A stretch of DNA of 64,000 bases from a virus (IMGVR_UViG_2791355157_000004:9313-73312), one strand, 5' to 3'; shown: positions 48,101 to 56,851, counted from the stretch's first letter. A program made the numbers and translations. Notes: a model not told the origin generated them from the letters alone.

Positions 48101-49533
48101 CACGAACCGGCCGGGCTTTCATGCCGAACGGTAACAACATGAATCTGCGCCCTGTCTTCGACATCAACGGCGCCACGGTGGCGTATGAATACTCGGTGCC
48201 GCATGACGTCCGGGACGCGAAGCTTGAGGCGAACACGGACTTTGGTCACAACCTGGGTGTGTGGGAAGGCCGTATTCAGGAGGAGCTGCTGAGCCAGGGC
48301 TTCAACCAGAAGCTGGTGGAAGTGCTGCACGATCGCTACACCGAGGATATGAAGACCACGGGCCGCGATAACGAGTACATCGCCATCAACGCGAAGTCCA
48401 AAGACCCGCAGGTGCGTGAGATGTATGGCCTGATGCCGGTTGAGATGAAGGCGATGGTGGAGAATGTGTTCGGGGGTGATCTGATGGTGCGTAAGGATAT
48501 GCTGGATAACGCCCTGGGCTTTCGCCGTGCGTCGGTCAAGGAGATCTGGGACGGCAACAGCCGTCTGAATGCGGGGGCACAGAGTGCTGTGAAAGCGGTC
48601 TCTGAGGTGGTGATGGGTAAATCCGCTGCGCGATACCTGCGCAAAGGGGAGCGCTTCCTGCAGGAGGCCGTATCCAGTGCAAAAGACTGGATCGTCGTAC
48701 GTTCCCTGGTGGTGGCACGTGACAACATCGTCTCAAACGTGACCCAGATGCTGAGCCACGGTATGAACCCTCTGCAGGTAGCGCGTAAAAGTGCCGAAGC
48801 AATGGTGCTGGTGGATGCGTATCAGAAGAACGAGCGCCGCATGAACGAGCTGTCGCTGCTGATCCAGAACGGCGTGACGCCGGCGAAGCATCCGGCATTC
48901 AACCGCGAGCTGGAATCGCTGCGTGCGGAGAACGCCCGTAACCCGGTGCATCCCCTGGTGATGGCCGGCCATCTGCCGACGATCGCCGAAGGGCTGTCTG
49001 AGAACGACGACTACAGCATGCGCAATGACTTTAACGGCTGGGTTGAACGCCAGACCGCGAAGTTACCGAAGGGTGTGACCACGGCTGCGCGCTATGCGCT
49101 GATTGCCCGCGGTACCCCGCTGTATGCCGGTCTCAACCGGATGATTCAGTATGGTGATTTCACTGCGAAGTACGCCCTGTATGACCATCTCATGACCCGG
49201 AAATCGGACAAGATGGACCAGCAGGGGGCACTGCAAATGCTGGAGGATGAGTTCGTGAACTACGCGCTGCTGCCTTCCCGCTCCCGTGATTACCTGGAGA
49301 GCATGGGTGCAACGTGGTTCCTGAACTACAAACTGCGCATTCAGAAAATCCTGCTGCGCTCGATGCGTGACAATCCGCTGCGCTTCCTGGCGATCGCCGG
49401 TGGCTTTAATGCGGCTGACGTGCCGAACGTGCTGGATGCAAACCTGGTGACGAATTCGGTGAGTCCGAACCTGGGGATGGGGGCGCTGTTCAGAGCGCAT
49501 GAAACGCACCCGCTCTGGTGGCTTATCGACTGA
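39112..49533 (+). CDS. virion-encapsidated RNA polymerase (N4 gp50-like)
   Basis: ~3,470 aa, no Cys seen; motif A ELDGKTDG, motif B RNMAKNPVTQTVY, motif C NVFDG. Confidence 0.95.
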   Translation: MAYELNYGQPLAGQSVGDVKKQQVAEASAAKQQELDPAAAYNKDLASLDPVLLQQKYGDKAVVDQLDYKLGAAQSQRMDNWDRSAGEVTSDTGLSVAKGAVGLGGFLSSFARMAGQGMAVTGQNWNDPEQALKNLHAVEVGNARSAAAQNQSINNANDALTQALSRRSQLAETRTNADIQDRQQQNTAQYDADLKAGASPLVAGLEQLGRGFVDGASAVAKDPTYLSNFVAQQVPSLALGPASAVAARAEVAAGLTGSAARDLLKSELGKAAVQKAGTRNLMASIGITEGAGAGQQTFDQVNQTSFDDLQKHSQDYRDLIAQGNSPEDARAVVAQRSANAATLIQTPAAALAGKIAAKFELAPLSGGGATGAARVGHALMSTLKETGEETLQSGGGQLAQNVGVKSYADDTQSLSDGVGEQAGMGALGAVGLTTAVQAPSAAAGVAKVTARQTADMAKQAAGFSMTKLRDIAEKRTALNPEDQAAADAQTQSESINTAAQEYAQAQPQAATDEQATEEAPAAPEDTRIGKLAQLNQFLSHPQAPEAQKRDLVAKAVVQMGNMVNEYKAMGAEVEADPDADHTVTLGKMQAMEKAFASPEFQNIIAHQQHYAQNPIDVAAADEAIPEQVGTATPEMQQHAKDVADQAAIEPEKIPEPLYQKVISNGKALGLNPQQIAQVQGGLKVAQLSQTKGIDMVNKDVTEGGNAQFMSLKDHVKGVYAGLAANDMQSAQNAMTGLQAFAQHMASKAADFDAAYDRWQANPAAGPVSVTRADGSTYNSLVTAGQQAKPMFASGKSSVLMAKIRNEAKLLADTYNQMLSDHPELSGSPISLAPAPQQQQAQPVAAPKPAAPVRESTTGTGVFNGERELTRAEMQDLASGEVTIADLKQKWADEAAPAPAVQEPVAEAAPEPARAAEPVPQESVPAQPEPTPVESPAETRDNVTEPLSKADPVTANPEPVTPQTDEAGEPQNEPSEPSEPVADREPAGEPVVAEEDTQTGAERLLANLTPRLSRERTEKESEADHEARVSNAVVKWFAPAKARTPFSRTLDFMSKLGEALRTSADATGELLGLKDGEQLTQENMDALETLTYLNDRFRDEYAQAIAAKLAKVKDLNALPWRNSPILYFTRVSQKGELRSHQTSRHATDAIGMAALKFALDNLNATGPTSREDLAEDLNISADQITDAMMERFMTGSQAFSVVAGRLAASITRTMGLKASDDAPGNIANGIPLSLAMDALNVLQKLGLAKIDSLKMDVGTADAPEIKTFKSVSFVNDEGSALRDIDAALGSQLDLLSRMIDPESKASAYIDALPPVGGDRLGRSQVQKLSSRLKDTVRNLQKKAFYLNTDLHDLVEGMGFDAVGKMLGIRETDNLNRMHAESVEGKNVSIRSALASWQRGMSDLQAKAGDRNLGDIPVRFAWSIGSNMRAMLNSTTFNPQRHKFHRELMTGEPRAITLGDKKQVHQFQMAVAQAMGVKVDRMSNAAAKAKAAEKLADPTVAAAVDTLKAHLGDYSGLTASDVGVITAAVGIAGEGMKSFHGLLAQAKFLHAQENGATSFMNHLTFELDGKTDGPANALVHFGSARGDSTFFSMLKKVGLFVNDASTALNVFSAGDSDIYQEVSARINNVLKAANPDNMEPGAVRAMKGQLRLLQLAGNIEIADPDDIKTATATRNMAKNPVTQTVYSAGDDAKVRSLSKQMQTAVYEELSKALAQGTQLDQSIVDAVESLTGNTALRDPANYQGFRFSPNDNTLMENHLTTGMGAVLNTAIGDVLGNVVTSGQTLAKAAAVQHQFFAAAFTKARQAKLDALRAAGELSGFEDLSAAQVQEVYDSVVHLAPIYHNALTSGTNPRDGMLMSKEVRGKFTEQRAESVFGDKTDIPALDFEAPGARPAPMMTISSGDATMMALYFLKHDNALNVFDGLEVMPGEFDAAAKAINEAVFQGWQFGLMSSIAESYEAGIRAVTPDLFSGLSVAELGNMARNLRIPAKQLKGLDAGQLMTRIMQEAEGTNIDLSDLATNIDATKSVIFNELPTSTDHMAGHEQPVINRADIAPVTDPVTQVASRANAYRMRKRKAEDLQLSQNDTALDRHLKAVNPGKGDPVTVFTKDQVLQALKGYLDEVAGKKARIPQFVLSQIEKQLPDDLSVHIGTPQNIRSHILAQFPDLGSGTLDLVQGMTYGNTVFIGNRSAETILHELVHAATQNVIDQYFSDATRLSPEQRSSIGALNRILTDFLSEEAAGLPVEQRRFGKSGNVQQYLQMLVTTGDRTTALKEFVAWSMTNPWLAADLQAVENTDKSTHILGRILKVIARMLGIGTAAQSYFTSIAGHVQQAMGPAYTRDVTGTATALNQLDLDGLFARLRSERTTVSHQAHLDQVFANLKQNLIDRITTTAQPVAGIKTAADQLDLDAIDPAISQSAAQFMASGYPMNAQEEMVFKMLQASLSTAFEAHPARAIEARKLFNEAAQRLTPADFGLGPMGQMRYDALFGQGQHADTQLANFLAVAQVNQQLRDALRQMFVKRSSQRSQNWEERITKSVDDAIRWVANLGTGIRRSTEVQKRLDILTKNLTHFEAQAKQNVIEKATSGIGDSLDQLNNVVNQKKANGAAWLEANAEQLAQKVPNAVAQNYAEFLMRGVAAMGSKGASSRFAEALTSTINQGDADTPLGPLRSLVVEMMGVTDSNRATLELVSRAKTSVDKVRQIIREQVPKILSERFSAPLSQQESAALHAGLGKTDAASLLKAGYSHTDVQRLFADQAYLVNEISNASAAIVGPHAASQRLASDALAHFMVTGEVTNSHLLTNAYQIANLTGTGIAVQSADAKANQSALDKLVSLLAISKLPAQQKSDVAAVMAREEKANPGDNGATFSLNYLNNLREREDARLNAMNGIKGAMHTTFDAHKSVVIATAAQGAELLKRGYIKGAMVQGDPQANHGVMHYYESSEGGRPQWNQGAMQTVQVTAGGVDPYTGRMITPVSTPRLQGGTQVSALAAKRRQQARTGRAFMPNGNNMNLRPVFDINGATVAYEYSVPHDVRDAKLEANTDFGHNLGVWEGRIQEELLSQGFNQKLVEVLHDRYTEDMKTTGRDNEYIAINAKSKDPQVREMYGLMPVEMKAMVENVFGGDLMVRKDMLDNALGFRRASVKEIWDGNSRLNAGAQSAVKAVSEVVMGKSAARYLRKGERFLQEAVSSAKDWIVVRSLVVARDNIVSNVTQMLSHGMNPLQVARKSAEAMVLVDAYQKNERRMNELSLLIQNGVTPAKHPAFNRELESLRAENARNPVHPLVMAGHLPTIAEGLSENDDYSMRNDFNGWVERQTAKLPKGVTTAARYALIARGTPLYAGLNRMIQYGDFTAKYALYDHLMTRKSDKMDQQGALQMLEDEFVNYALLPSRSRDYLESMGATWFLNYKLRIQKILLRSMRDNPLRFLAIAGGFNAADVPNVLDANLVTNSVSPNLGMGALFRAHETHPLWWLID

Positions 49534-49540
49534 TACAAAG

Positions 49541-49574
49541 AATAAAGCCCTCCTATTGCTAGGGGGGCTTCTTT
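49541..49574. terminator. bidirectional terminator
   Basis: AAAGCCCTCCTA-TTGC-TAGGGGGGCTTCTTT at the convergence point. Confidence 0.7.
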
Positions 49575-49711
49575 CCGCTGACTCCTTCCTTGAGTACAGC
49601 TACCACTATCAGAAATACAACTACGTATGGGATCGCGTAGAACAATAGTGGCAGCATCGAAAAAAGTCCAATGATCGCAGCCGTGATGAGTAGCGCCCTA
49701 AGCCAGAGCAT
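49559..49711 (-). CDS. 50-aa two-TM protein (MLWLRALLIT...)
   Basis: Read by hand. Confidence 0.5.
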   Translation of the reverse strand: MLWLRALLITAAIIGLFSMLPLLFYAIPYVVVFLIVVAVLKEGVSGKKPP

Positions 49712-49719
49712 GCGCTTTT

Positions 49720-50142
49720 TTACGCCGTCTGGCGGTTAAAAAGTGACACACCTTTGCTGGCCGGTCCCTCTGCAGCGATATCATTGAACGGTCCATTTTC
49801 CGGATTTTCCTTAGTCAAATCAGGTTCCTGCGAGGAGCCCTGGGTATCGACTGAAGACTTTCCCGGCAAGGCAGCACCGGTGTCCTGTGGTAACGTTTCG
49901 GAATTATCCGAAAGTGCAACAACCGGGGTCTGCTCCACAGTTTTGACCGCCTTTTCAACCGCTTCAGCGCGGCGCGGCGACTTGGTGAACTCCAGGGTTG
50001 CCCCGTATTCAGAGGGGGTTTTACCCCCGCCGCCACCGGTCAGGGCGACACTGGCGTTGGTCCCTTCAGCCAGGATGCCCAGGCCGATAATATAAAGCTG
50101 CACGGCTTCATGCAGCTCGCTTTCATTCAGGGTGATTTGCAT
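49720..50142 (-). CDS. hypothetical protein (N4 gp46-like)
   Basis: MQITLNESELHEAV..YI; acidic tail ending SLF. Confidence 0.65.
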   Translation of the reverse strand: MQITLNESELHEAVQLYIIGLGILAEGTNASVALTGGGGGKTPSEYGATLEFTKSPRRAEAVEKAVKTVEQTPVVALSDNSETLPQDTGAALPGKSSVDTQGSSQEPDLTKENPENGPFNDIAAEGPASKGVSLFNRQTA

Positions 50143-50522
50143 TTCACTTCCTCGATCAGCACCTCGACGCGGGGATTACCTTTATCCACCGCACCAAAGC
50201 GGAAATTTATCTGAGCCAGATGGTGGTAGTTGTCATCCGGCAGCTTGCCGAGCTCAACCAGCGCGTCACAGAAGAACTTGTCCACCACGCTGCACACGTT
50301 GCTGACGTCGAACGCCTGCAGTGTCTTCGGGTAGACCGTGTACGTGAGGCTGACTCTGTCCATCTCAGGCAGCAGTACGATCGCATCCTGCACCAGCTCC
50401 TTGAACGTCACCTTGGCCCGGTTGAGGCTGAGGTAATGTTTGTTGCGATACTGGTTCAGATTGAGGATGAATTTTGACTTGCTGCTGAGCGGCACGGACA
50501 GGGGTAACGATATGACGTGCAT
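50127..50522 (-). CDS. RusA-like Holliday junction resolvase
   Basis: DVSN..DKFFCDAL..DDN acidic motif. Confidence 0.78.
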   Translation of the reverse strand: MHVISLPLSVPLSSKSKFILNLNQYRNKHYLSLNRAKVTFKELVQDAIVLLPEMDRVSLTYTVYPKTLQAFDVSNVCSVVDKFFCDALVELGKLPDDNYHHLAQINFRFGAVDKGNPRVEVLIEEVKCKSP

Positions 50523-50570
50523 AGAAAAATCCCTCCAATAGTGGAGGGATCATTCTACCAGGCCTGGGGC

Positions 50571-51335
50571 TTACGCCTTAGCGCCAAACAGGGAGTTTGC
50601 AGGCTTCTGAGCCTGGCCCAGAATACCGCCGCCCACACCCGGTGCGCCGGCTGAGGTGCCCGCTTTTTTGTCGGTGCGATCGGAGATCTTACCTTTATTG
50701 CGCGCTACCCACTGCTGCAGGAATTCTGCCTGCTCAACGTTGTTGCGGATTTCAGTGGTGGTGCGGCCATCTTCTGCGTAGAAGACCTTCACGATTTCGT
50801 TCTGCTCGCGGGTTTTGCCTGATGGCACGTACACGCCAGAGTTCGGTGCCGTTTCCTGGTTCACGTCCACCAGCTGCTTCTCGATAGCCAGCTTAACGCG
50901 GCCACCGTGCAGTTCGGTCAGCGCCTGAACCTTGGTCGGCACTTCCGCTTTCGCGTCGAAGTCGTACAGTTTGACGATCTTCTCTTCGGCAACCATGGCC
51001 GGCAGCTCTTTGTCGGCGATCAGCAGGCACAGCGCGTTGGCTGCGTTCCAGCCTGGCAGGAATTCTTTCTTGTCAGTCTTCTTGTTCACATAGAAGTTCT
51101 GACCCTGCTTGTTGGTCACGTAGAAGGTGTGGCGCACTTCTTTACCGTTGATGTCCGCGTGGATGGTCAGGGACTTGGAGCCGCGCTTGGACTCGCCTGC
51201 GTACGCCAGCTTGATGGTGGCATCATAGACGTCGGTGTCCAGAATAAAGCTTCCACCCAGGACGTCTTTTTCCTGCTCGACATCAGCAGCGGTTTCAACG
51301 GTTGCGAAGATTGACATTAAAGAGATGAGTGACAT
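50571..51335 (-). CDS. ssDNA-binding protein (N4 gp45-like)
   Basis: EKDVLGG, REQNEIVKVF, C-terminal SLFG; synteny. Confidence 0.85.
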   Translation of the reverse strand: MSLISLMSIFATVETAADVEQEKDVLGGSFILDTDVYDATIKLAYAGESKRGSKSLTIHADINGKEVRHTFYVTNKQGQNFYVNKKTDKKEFLPGWNAANALCLLIADKELPAMVAEEKIVKLYDFDAKAEVPTKVQALTELHGGRVKLAIEKQLVDVNQETAPNSGVYVPSGKTREQNEIVKVFYAEDGRTTTEIRNNVEQAEFLQQWVARNKGKISDRTDKKAGTSAGAPGVGGGILGQAQKPANSLFGAKA

Positions 51336-51396
51336 GTTTGATCCTTAGTTTCTGATAGTGTTTTTACGTAGTTTAAATTTTGTGAAACGTGCCACT

Positions 51397-52134
51397 TCAC
51401 GCCGCGTGGTAGTAGGCGTTTACGTGATCCAACAGCTGCTGAGCGCAGTTGTTCATAAAGGTCTGCTTAGTGGTAAACAGGCCCATTGGTGACCGAATCC
51501 GCTCGTTCACCGTGGTCTTGGTAAGTTTCGTCTGGAAGACGTACTTAAAGCCCAGCGCCTCTTCCTCTGCGTCGATCTGCAGAAGTTCGGAGCCATAGTC
51601 CTTCAAATCCTTGATAGCGACTTTCTTCGCTGCGACCACACAGCTGAAGTAGGCTTCGATGCCCTGATTTTTCAGCGCACCTTTTACCGGCACTTTGGTC
51701 TCGATGACCATGTCGGCCTCGTTATACGTGGCCAGCGTGTGTGCCAGCACGATAACGTTCTTGGTTGAGCGGGCCACTTTATCCTGCATCAACGTTTTAA
51801 AGAACTGGTTATACGCGCCCCATGCCTGCATGGTGTTGGCGCTGGTCAGCACGTGAACAGATTCAAACATATCCATCATGAACGTCGCCGTGTCGATGAT
51901 GATAGTGTGAATATTGGAATCCGTTTCCGCGTGATCGAACGCCTCCAGTACCTGGTAGGGGTCAGTGATGGTATAGCTTTGGAAATTATTTGCAAAGGGC
52001 AATTTTTTCCCGGCTTCGCAGTTCAGGTACATCACGCCTTCCTGATTGCGCAGTCCGCGCAGCGATGCACTTTTACCGGCGGCTGATGCGCCGACGATCA
52101 GCACTAAATTGTCATTTACCTGGGTCTGGCTCAT
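51397..52134 (-). CDS. AAA/Sak4-like ATPase (N4 gp44-like)
   Basis: GASAAGKS Walker A, IIIDT, RIRSPMGLF. Confidence 0.87.
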   Translation of the reverse strand: MSQTQVNDNLVLIVGASAAGKSASLRGLRNQEGVMYLNCEAGKKLPFANNFQSYTITDPYQVLEAFDHAETDSNIHTIIIDTATFMMDMFESVHVLTSANTMQAWGAYNQFFKTLMQDKVARSTKNVIVLAHTLATYNEADMVIETKVPVKGALKNQGIEAYFSCVVAAKKVAIKDLKDYGSELLQIDAEEEALGFKYVFQTKLTKTTVNERIRSPMGLFTTKQTFMNNCAQQLLDHVNAYYHAA

Positions 52135-52178
52135 ACGTAGTGGTCTCCTGATACCGGGCATCCTGCCCGGGTAAAACG

Positions 52179-54365
52179 TTAGGGTTGGCCTGCCTGACGG
52201 GCAGCCATTTCTTTTCCGACGGTGACCAGCACGGTTGCGTGCAGTTCATCCTCCGGCAGTTTGTTACTGAGCTTTTTGTTGAAGCTGACGACCTTCTCCT
52301 GCACCTCGTTAAACGACATGCCCGCGTCCACCAGGATGCGTGCAAAGCGGTGCATCAGGTTGTTGCGTGACCCTGTCACCATACGCTGTGCAAACCAGCG
52401 CTCCAGGTTGTCCAGAGAGTCCATGCGCATAACGTTCTGGCGGAACTCTTCGTTTTTACTGGTGCGCGGGATGAACGGTAAAACGTCCATCAGCTGCCCA
52501 TGGTTCACCTCGTAGTGGCCATTAGCGTGGGTCAGCCATTTACGCGATCGCTGACCGGTAGAGTCGTCAACCGGAAAAGGCAGCCACGAATACACGTTGT
52601 CCATGAACTCCTTGTATTCCGGGCCGTTCAGCTTGATGACGTAGTTGGTGGGGATGATGACGCGGAAGCGATCGCCCTCACCGTTCAGCTGGTGACGTTT
52701 GGTGGTGTAGAGCGCGTAGGTGTAATCCTTGAGCAGCTCCCGGGCCATATCCAGCGTCACGCCTTTACCGTCCACGTCGAGCACCAGCAGGTTAAAGCCA
52801 GGCAGACAGTTCTCTTCGGTGCGGTGACCTTCAGAGGCATTGCCCCGCGGCAGCGCATGGGTGATCCAGTGGTGGTCTTTCAGCTTCATCAGCGTATCGA
52901 GCTGATCGAACGGTACCGCTGTTTCGGTGGTGTACCGGTAAGCCTCATGGTTCGACCAGCTGAGCAGCAGCTCGTTGAGGTTGGTTTCCTTCAGGGCTTC
53001 CCCTGAATAGAACTCGATCCCGTCGGTGAAGCTCTTCTTTAGCACGATGTGGTTTTTGTACCCCCACGCCGTGGCCAGGGTGAGCATTTCACTTTTGGCA
53101 CCCGCAGAGCCTTTGAAGAACGGCAGGCTGTCCATCATGTCTGCGTGGGTCAGTTCTGTCCCGGCAGAGGCAATGAACTTGGCCAGCTTCACGTAGTTCT
53201 TCTCGCGGTTGAGGATGCCCATCAGGGATGCGCCGCTCTCTTCCACCAGCTTGATGGCCGCCCACAGGTGGTCCATGGTTACGGTCGGTGACTCATCGAC
53301 AAACGCATAGGCGCCTGCCAGCTTCATCGCCTTAAAGTAGCGGTGGCTCAGCTCGGCCTTATGGATTTCCTGGTGATCGGGCATCTCATCGGCACGGGCT
53401 TCGCAGTCGCTTTTATAACGGATGAGCTCAACGCTCACCGCCTCAGGCATCGGGATGCGCTGACCGAACTTCGACGGATCAGCCAGTAACTCAAAGTGGT
53501 TCGCCAGGCGCTCCAGCAGTTTGTTATTGGACTTATCCTTGAGGTTCGCGAAGATCTGCTCAGGGGTCAGCTTGTGCGCGGCACGCTCACGCGTTGACAT
53601 CCCGAACAGGCAGCGGCGGGCATACCCGGTTTCGAGCAGCGAATAGAATTCGTCCTCTTCCTTCCCGCCATTCAGCAGCTTGGCCGGTGTCCCGAACAGC
53701 AGCATGTTGGCAGGCGTCTTGCCCTCCAGCTCCTCACCACGGACGTTCTCCGCGGTGTTCTTCACCAGCTTCTGCTTCACCAGCCCCTGGTCATACAGCT
53801 CCAGGAACACGTTCAGCGCTTCCAGGTTGTTGATGAGGTTTGAACCAATCTCATCCACCTGGAAGTTGAGTGCGCCGGCACCGGCCAGCAGCAGCTTACC
53901 GCGCATCTGCTTGATGGCCGGACCGGTGGCGGAGTCGAACGCAAACAGCGCGCCGCCGGAGGTTTTAAACTCCTTCACCAGCCCCTCGAACTCATTGTTC
54001 TCGTCGGTCTGGTTGCGCATGGCACGCTGACGGGCGATCTCCCACAGGTTGTGCTCGGCCATGATCGGGAAGGTATCCGACATGAACCGCTCACGGAACT
54101 TGTGCAGCATGCTGCCTTCGATGATGTTGGTGGAATGCCCCTTACCAAACCCTGACGGCGCCACGTTGAGCGCGTAGATGTTGATAGGCACATTGCCACG
54201 GTCCAGCGTATCGAGGCTGGCACGCATACTCGCCGCCATGGTTCCGAGGAAATAGGCGGTCTGTACGCGGAAAAACAGCGGACTTTCGTTCTGCGTCTTT
54301 TTGCAAAGCAGCTGAACGATCTCCTCCATCAGAGGATGATGTTGAACTTCATCCAGGTCTCTCAT
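52179..54365 (-). CDS. DNA primase (N4 gp43/Dns-like)
   Basis: SGFGKGHS P-loop, LDVD, YTTKRH, GSRNN. Confidence 0.88.
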   Translation of the reverse strand: MRDLDEVQHHPLMEEIVQLLCKKTQNESPLFFRVQTAYFLGTMAASMRASLDTLDRGNVPINIYALNVAPSGFGKGHSTNIIEGSMLHKFRERFMSDTFPIMAEHNLWEIARQRAMRNQTDENNEFEGLVKEFKTSGGALFAFDSATGPAIKQMRGKLLLAGAGALNFQVDEIGSNLINNLEALNVFLELYDQGLVKQKLVKNTAENVRGEELEGKTPANMLLFGTPAKLLNGGKEEDEFYSLLETGYARRCLFGMSTRERAAHKLTPEQIFANLKDKSNNKLLERLANHFELLADPSKFGQRIPMPEAVSVELIRYKSDCEARADEMPDHQEIHKAELSHRYFKAMKLAGAYAFVDESPTVTMDHLWAAIKLVEESGASLMGILNREKNYVKLAKFIASAGTELTHADMMDSLPFFKGSAGAKSEMLTLATAWGYKNHIVLKKSFTDGIEFYSGEALKETNLNELLLSWSNHEAYRYTTETAVPFDQLDTLMKLKDHHWITHALPRGNASEGHRTEENCLPGFNLLVLDVDGKGVTLDMARELLKDYTYALYTTKRHQLNGEGDRFRVIIPTNYVIKLNGPEYKEFMDNVYSWLPFPVDDSTGQRSRKWLTHANGHYEVNHGQLMDVLPFIPRTSKNEEFRQNVMRMDSLDNLERWFAQRMVTGSRNNLMHRFARILVDAGMSFNEVQEKVVSFNKKLSNKLPEDELHATVLVTVGKEMAARQAGQP

Positions 54366-55373
54366 TTACAGCTCCACTATCTTCAGATCGCCAGACGCGA
54401 TGAGGTCATCCTTCTGGCTACACAGCGCGAAGGCGGGGCAGTAGCGACAGGCTTTCACTTCACCGGGCACCGAACGCACGATCCCCACACCGCCCTGGTT
54501 GGCCAGGTGGAGGTTCGCTTCGTGCAGTGAGTCAAAGTTTTTGGTGCTGCGCCCTGTCTTCGTCGGGTCCTTGTAATACTTAAACACCGGATCAGAGCGC
54601 CACAGCTCATCAGCGCTGCAGAGCGGCAGCTCCTTCTCCGGGGTGTCCTGCAGCCGGCTGAGGTCGCGAAGTTTGGAGCGGATGAACTGCTCCGTTTCGC
54701 CGATCGACATCAGGCGAACAGGAAACTCAAGAACCCGAGACCGAGGATATTTAGGGTCAGATTTAGCAAAGTTCGCAGACCAATCTGTGAAAATGTACTG
54801 AATGTAGATGTAATCATCGGTGATTTTCTCCGGGTTGAGCCAACGGTAAATGCTGCCCTGCTGGCAGTATTTATGGACGTTGGTCTGGTTTTTGTAGGTG
54901 AACGTCGAGGTTGACTTGAAGTCCTGCAGGCGACCTTCGATCACCATGTCGTACTTCCCGCCGATCAGGTAGCCGTCGAGTTCACGAACGGCACGCTGCT
55001 CGATGTACACCGGCAGAATGTCCGGGTTCTCAGCGAGTTCCTCAGCTGTCGGGTTGATGCGCACCAGCTCAATGACACGGTTGGGATAGCCCAGCTTACG
55101 CAGGTTCTCCTTATAGTGATCAGGGTGCCAGGCACGCTCGATACCCGAGTGGAAGGACTGCCCCATGGCCGAACTCACCTCCCCGGCAATGTCGGGGATG
55201 CTGGTACCGGCTTTGTTAGCGCGCCCTGCCAGGATCAGCTGACGGGTTGGTTTGAGCAGGCTGGTGGCCGAGATGTATTTCTCCTGGTTCACGTGATCGT
55301 AATCGTCATGAGCCAGCCACACAGCAACCGGCAGTGAGATGCCGGAGTTATTGGTAAATCGCATCTGTTGCAT
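54366..55373 (-). CDS. PD-(D/E)xK exonuclease (N4 gp42-like)
   Basis: SATSLLKP, GKYD..QDFKST, CRYCPAFALC. Confidence 0.85.
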   Translation of the reverse strand: MQQMRFTNNSGISLPVAVWLAHDDYDHVNQEKYISATSLLKPTRQLILAGRANKAGTSIPDIAGEVSSAMGQSFHSGIERAWHPDHYKENLRKLGYPNRVIELVRINPTAEELAENPDILPVYIEQRAVRELDGYLIGGKYDMVIEGRLQDFKSTSTFTYKNQTNVHKYCQQGSIYRWLNPEKITDDYIYIQYIFTDWSANFAKSDPKYPRSRVLEFPVRLMSIGETEQFIRSKLRDLSRLQDTPEKELPLCSADELWRSDPVFKYYKDPTKTGRSTKNFDSLHEANLHLANQGGVGIVRSVPGEVKACRYCPAFALCSQKDDLIASGDLKIVEL

Positions 55374-55384
55374 CGAGCCCCCGG

Positions 55385-56011
55385 TTACTGTTCCGTTAAT
55401 GCTCTTGCCACGGTCGGCAGCTCACGAAAGAGAATGTCCTGGATAGCCAGGGCAATGTCGCGGTGCTCTGCCTGGGTACCGTTCCCGGAACGCAGACCGG
55501 TGTAGTGAATCCAGCTGCGGATATCGCCCGTCATGTAGAGCGTGGTCGGTGTGGCCAGCGGCAACACTTCACGCGCACACTCTTTGGCGATGCCGTCGGC
55601 GAGCATGTCTTCGTACAGTCGCTGGGATTCCACGAAGTGATCGGCAATGCGCGCCAGGTACTTCGCACGGATCTCTTCCGGAATGTCGTCGATGGAGTTC
55701 TGGCGATTTTTACTGTCCTGCCGGCGCAGCGCGGGCAGCACCGCAGGTGCGGTGACCGCAGCGTAGCGCTGGCTGAACTCCTGAAAACGAAAGCTGTTAT
55801 GGCGCAGCAGCTGCGGGGCGATCGCACGCGTGGTGGTAATCTCCACGGTCATGTGAGCCTGTTCGAACACAGACCAGTGACCATGGCGGATGCAGTAAGC
55901 CAGCAGACCCGCAACGTTCGCGTTGTCCTGGTTCGCCGGATTACTGACGCGGGCAATGAAGCCCATCAGCTTTTCGGCGTCTGGCGTGATATTAATAAGT
56001 TTGACGTTCAT
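55385..56011 (-). CDS. thyX: FAD-dependent thymidylate synthase
   Basis: HWSVFE, QLLRH..FQEFSQRY, TQAEHR. Confidence 0.95.
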   Translation of the reverse strand: MNVKLINITPDAEKLMGFIARVSNPANQDNANVAGLLAYCIRHGHWSVFEQAHMTVEITTTRAIAPQLLRHNSFRFQEFSQRYAAVTAPAVLPALRRQDSKNRQNSIDDIPEEIRAKYLARIADHFVESQRLYEDMLADGIAKECAREVLPLATPTTLYMTGDIRSWIHYTGLRSGNGTQAEHRDIALAIQDILFRELPTVARALTEQ

Positions 56012-56104
56012 GACAGTGCCCACGTGATCAGCGCCCAGCACAAGGCTGAACCGATGAATAACAGGGACCATGAGCAACGGACGGTCAGCCCATTTTTAGA
56101 TTTT

Positions 56105-56118
56105 TCGGAATTATCCTG
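56105..56118. promoter_or_regulatory. palindromic operator-like site
   Basis: TCGGAATTATCCTG upstream of thyX. Confidence 0.55.
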
Positions 56119-56222
56119 GTTCATTTTCAAAATTAACCTAATAAGCTGACCTGGAGTGTGTACTCAGGTCCCAAATTACGGACTGCGACCGGCCAGGGTG
56201 CAGTCCGTTCCCTACCCCTGAA

Positions 56223-56561
56223 TCAGGGTAATGTTGCTACTGATTTGGTCTTCTTCAGAATGCGCCCCGCGTAGTGAGCCATCTTCTCAGCGTCATATAA
56301 CGCCGACTGACCAGGTTTACCGTTGTCCTGCCGGGCAGCTGCGGTACGCCACAGTGCTTTGAACAGACAGCCCTCATCAAACGTCATACCAAGTGCCTGG
56401 ATAATGTCTTCGCACTCTGCCTGATAAGGCGCCTGCTCTTCGCGCTGCGGGTACGTGACCTGCGTCAGGTAATAATTCACCCGCCCGCCGGTCAGCGCCG
56501 CCTTTGTCCCGTTCGGATCACCCGGTAAACCGCCTCCTGGTGTAACGCGACGTTCCGTCAT
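56223..56561 (-). CDS. DUF3310-like protein
   Basis: GGRVNYY, EDIIQALGMTFDEG..FKALWR, YDAEK. Confidence 0.6.
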   Translation of the reverse strand: MTERRVTPGGGLPGDPNGTKAALTGGRVNYYLTQVTYPQREEQAPYQAECEDIIQALGMTFDEGCLFKALWRTAAARQDNGKPGQSALYDAEKMAHYAGRILKKTKSVATLP

Positions 56562-56851
56562 TACACCGCTTCGGCTTCAGGTTCCACGCTATCAACCGCC
56601 GCATCAAATTCCGCAGCAGTCATGTAGCCCAGCTCAATACGGCCGGTCAGCGTGACAGCGGTGACATCGATGCCAGGCATGATGTCCTGCGCGTTGCGGA
56701 TCGCAGATTGTGACGCCTGCTTCAGCACCAGCTGAGTCAGGTTCGGGGTATCACGCGCCACCATGACCTGAACGGTCAGCGGCTTGTGATGGGTCGATTC
56801 GATCAGGTGTGACAGCAGCAGGTAATACTGTTTTTGTGCTTCAGCGGACAT
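56561..56851 (-). CDS. hypothetical protein downstream of DNA polymerase
   Basis: LGYMTAAEF motif; GGAG SD. Confidence 0.7.
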   Translation of the reverse strand: MSAEAQKQYYLLLSHLIESTHHKPLTVQVMVARDTPNLTQLVLKQASQSAIRNAQDIMPGIDVTAVTLTGRIELGYMTAAEFDAAVDSVEPEAEAV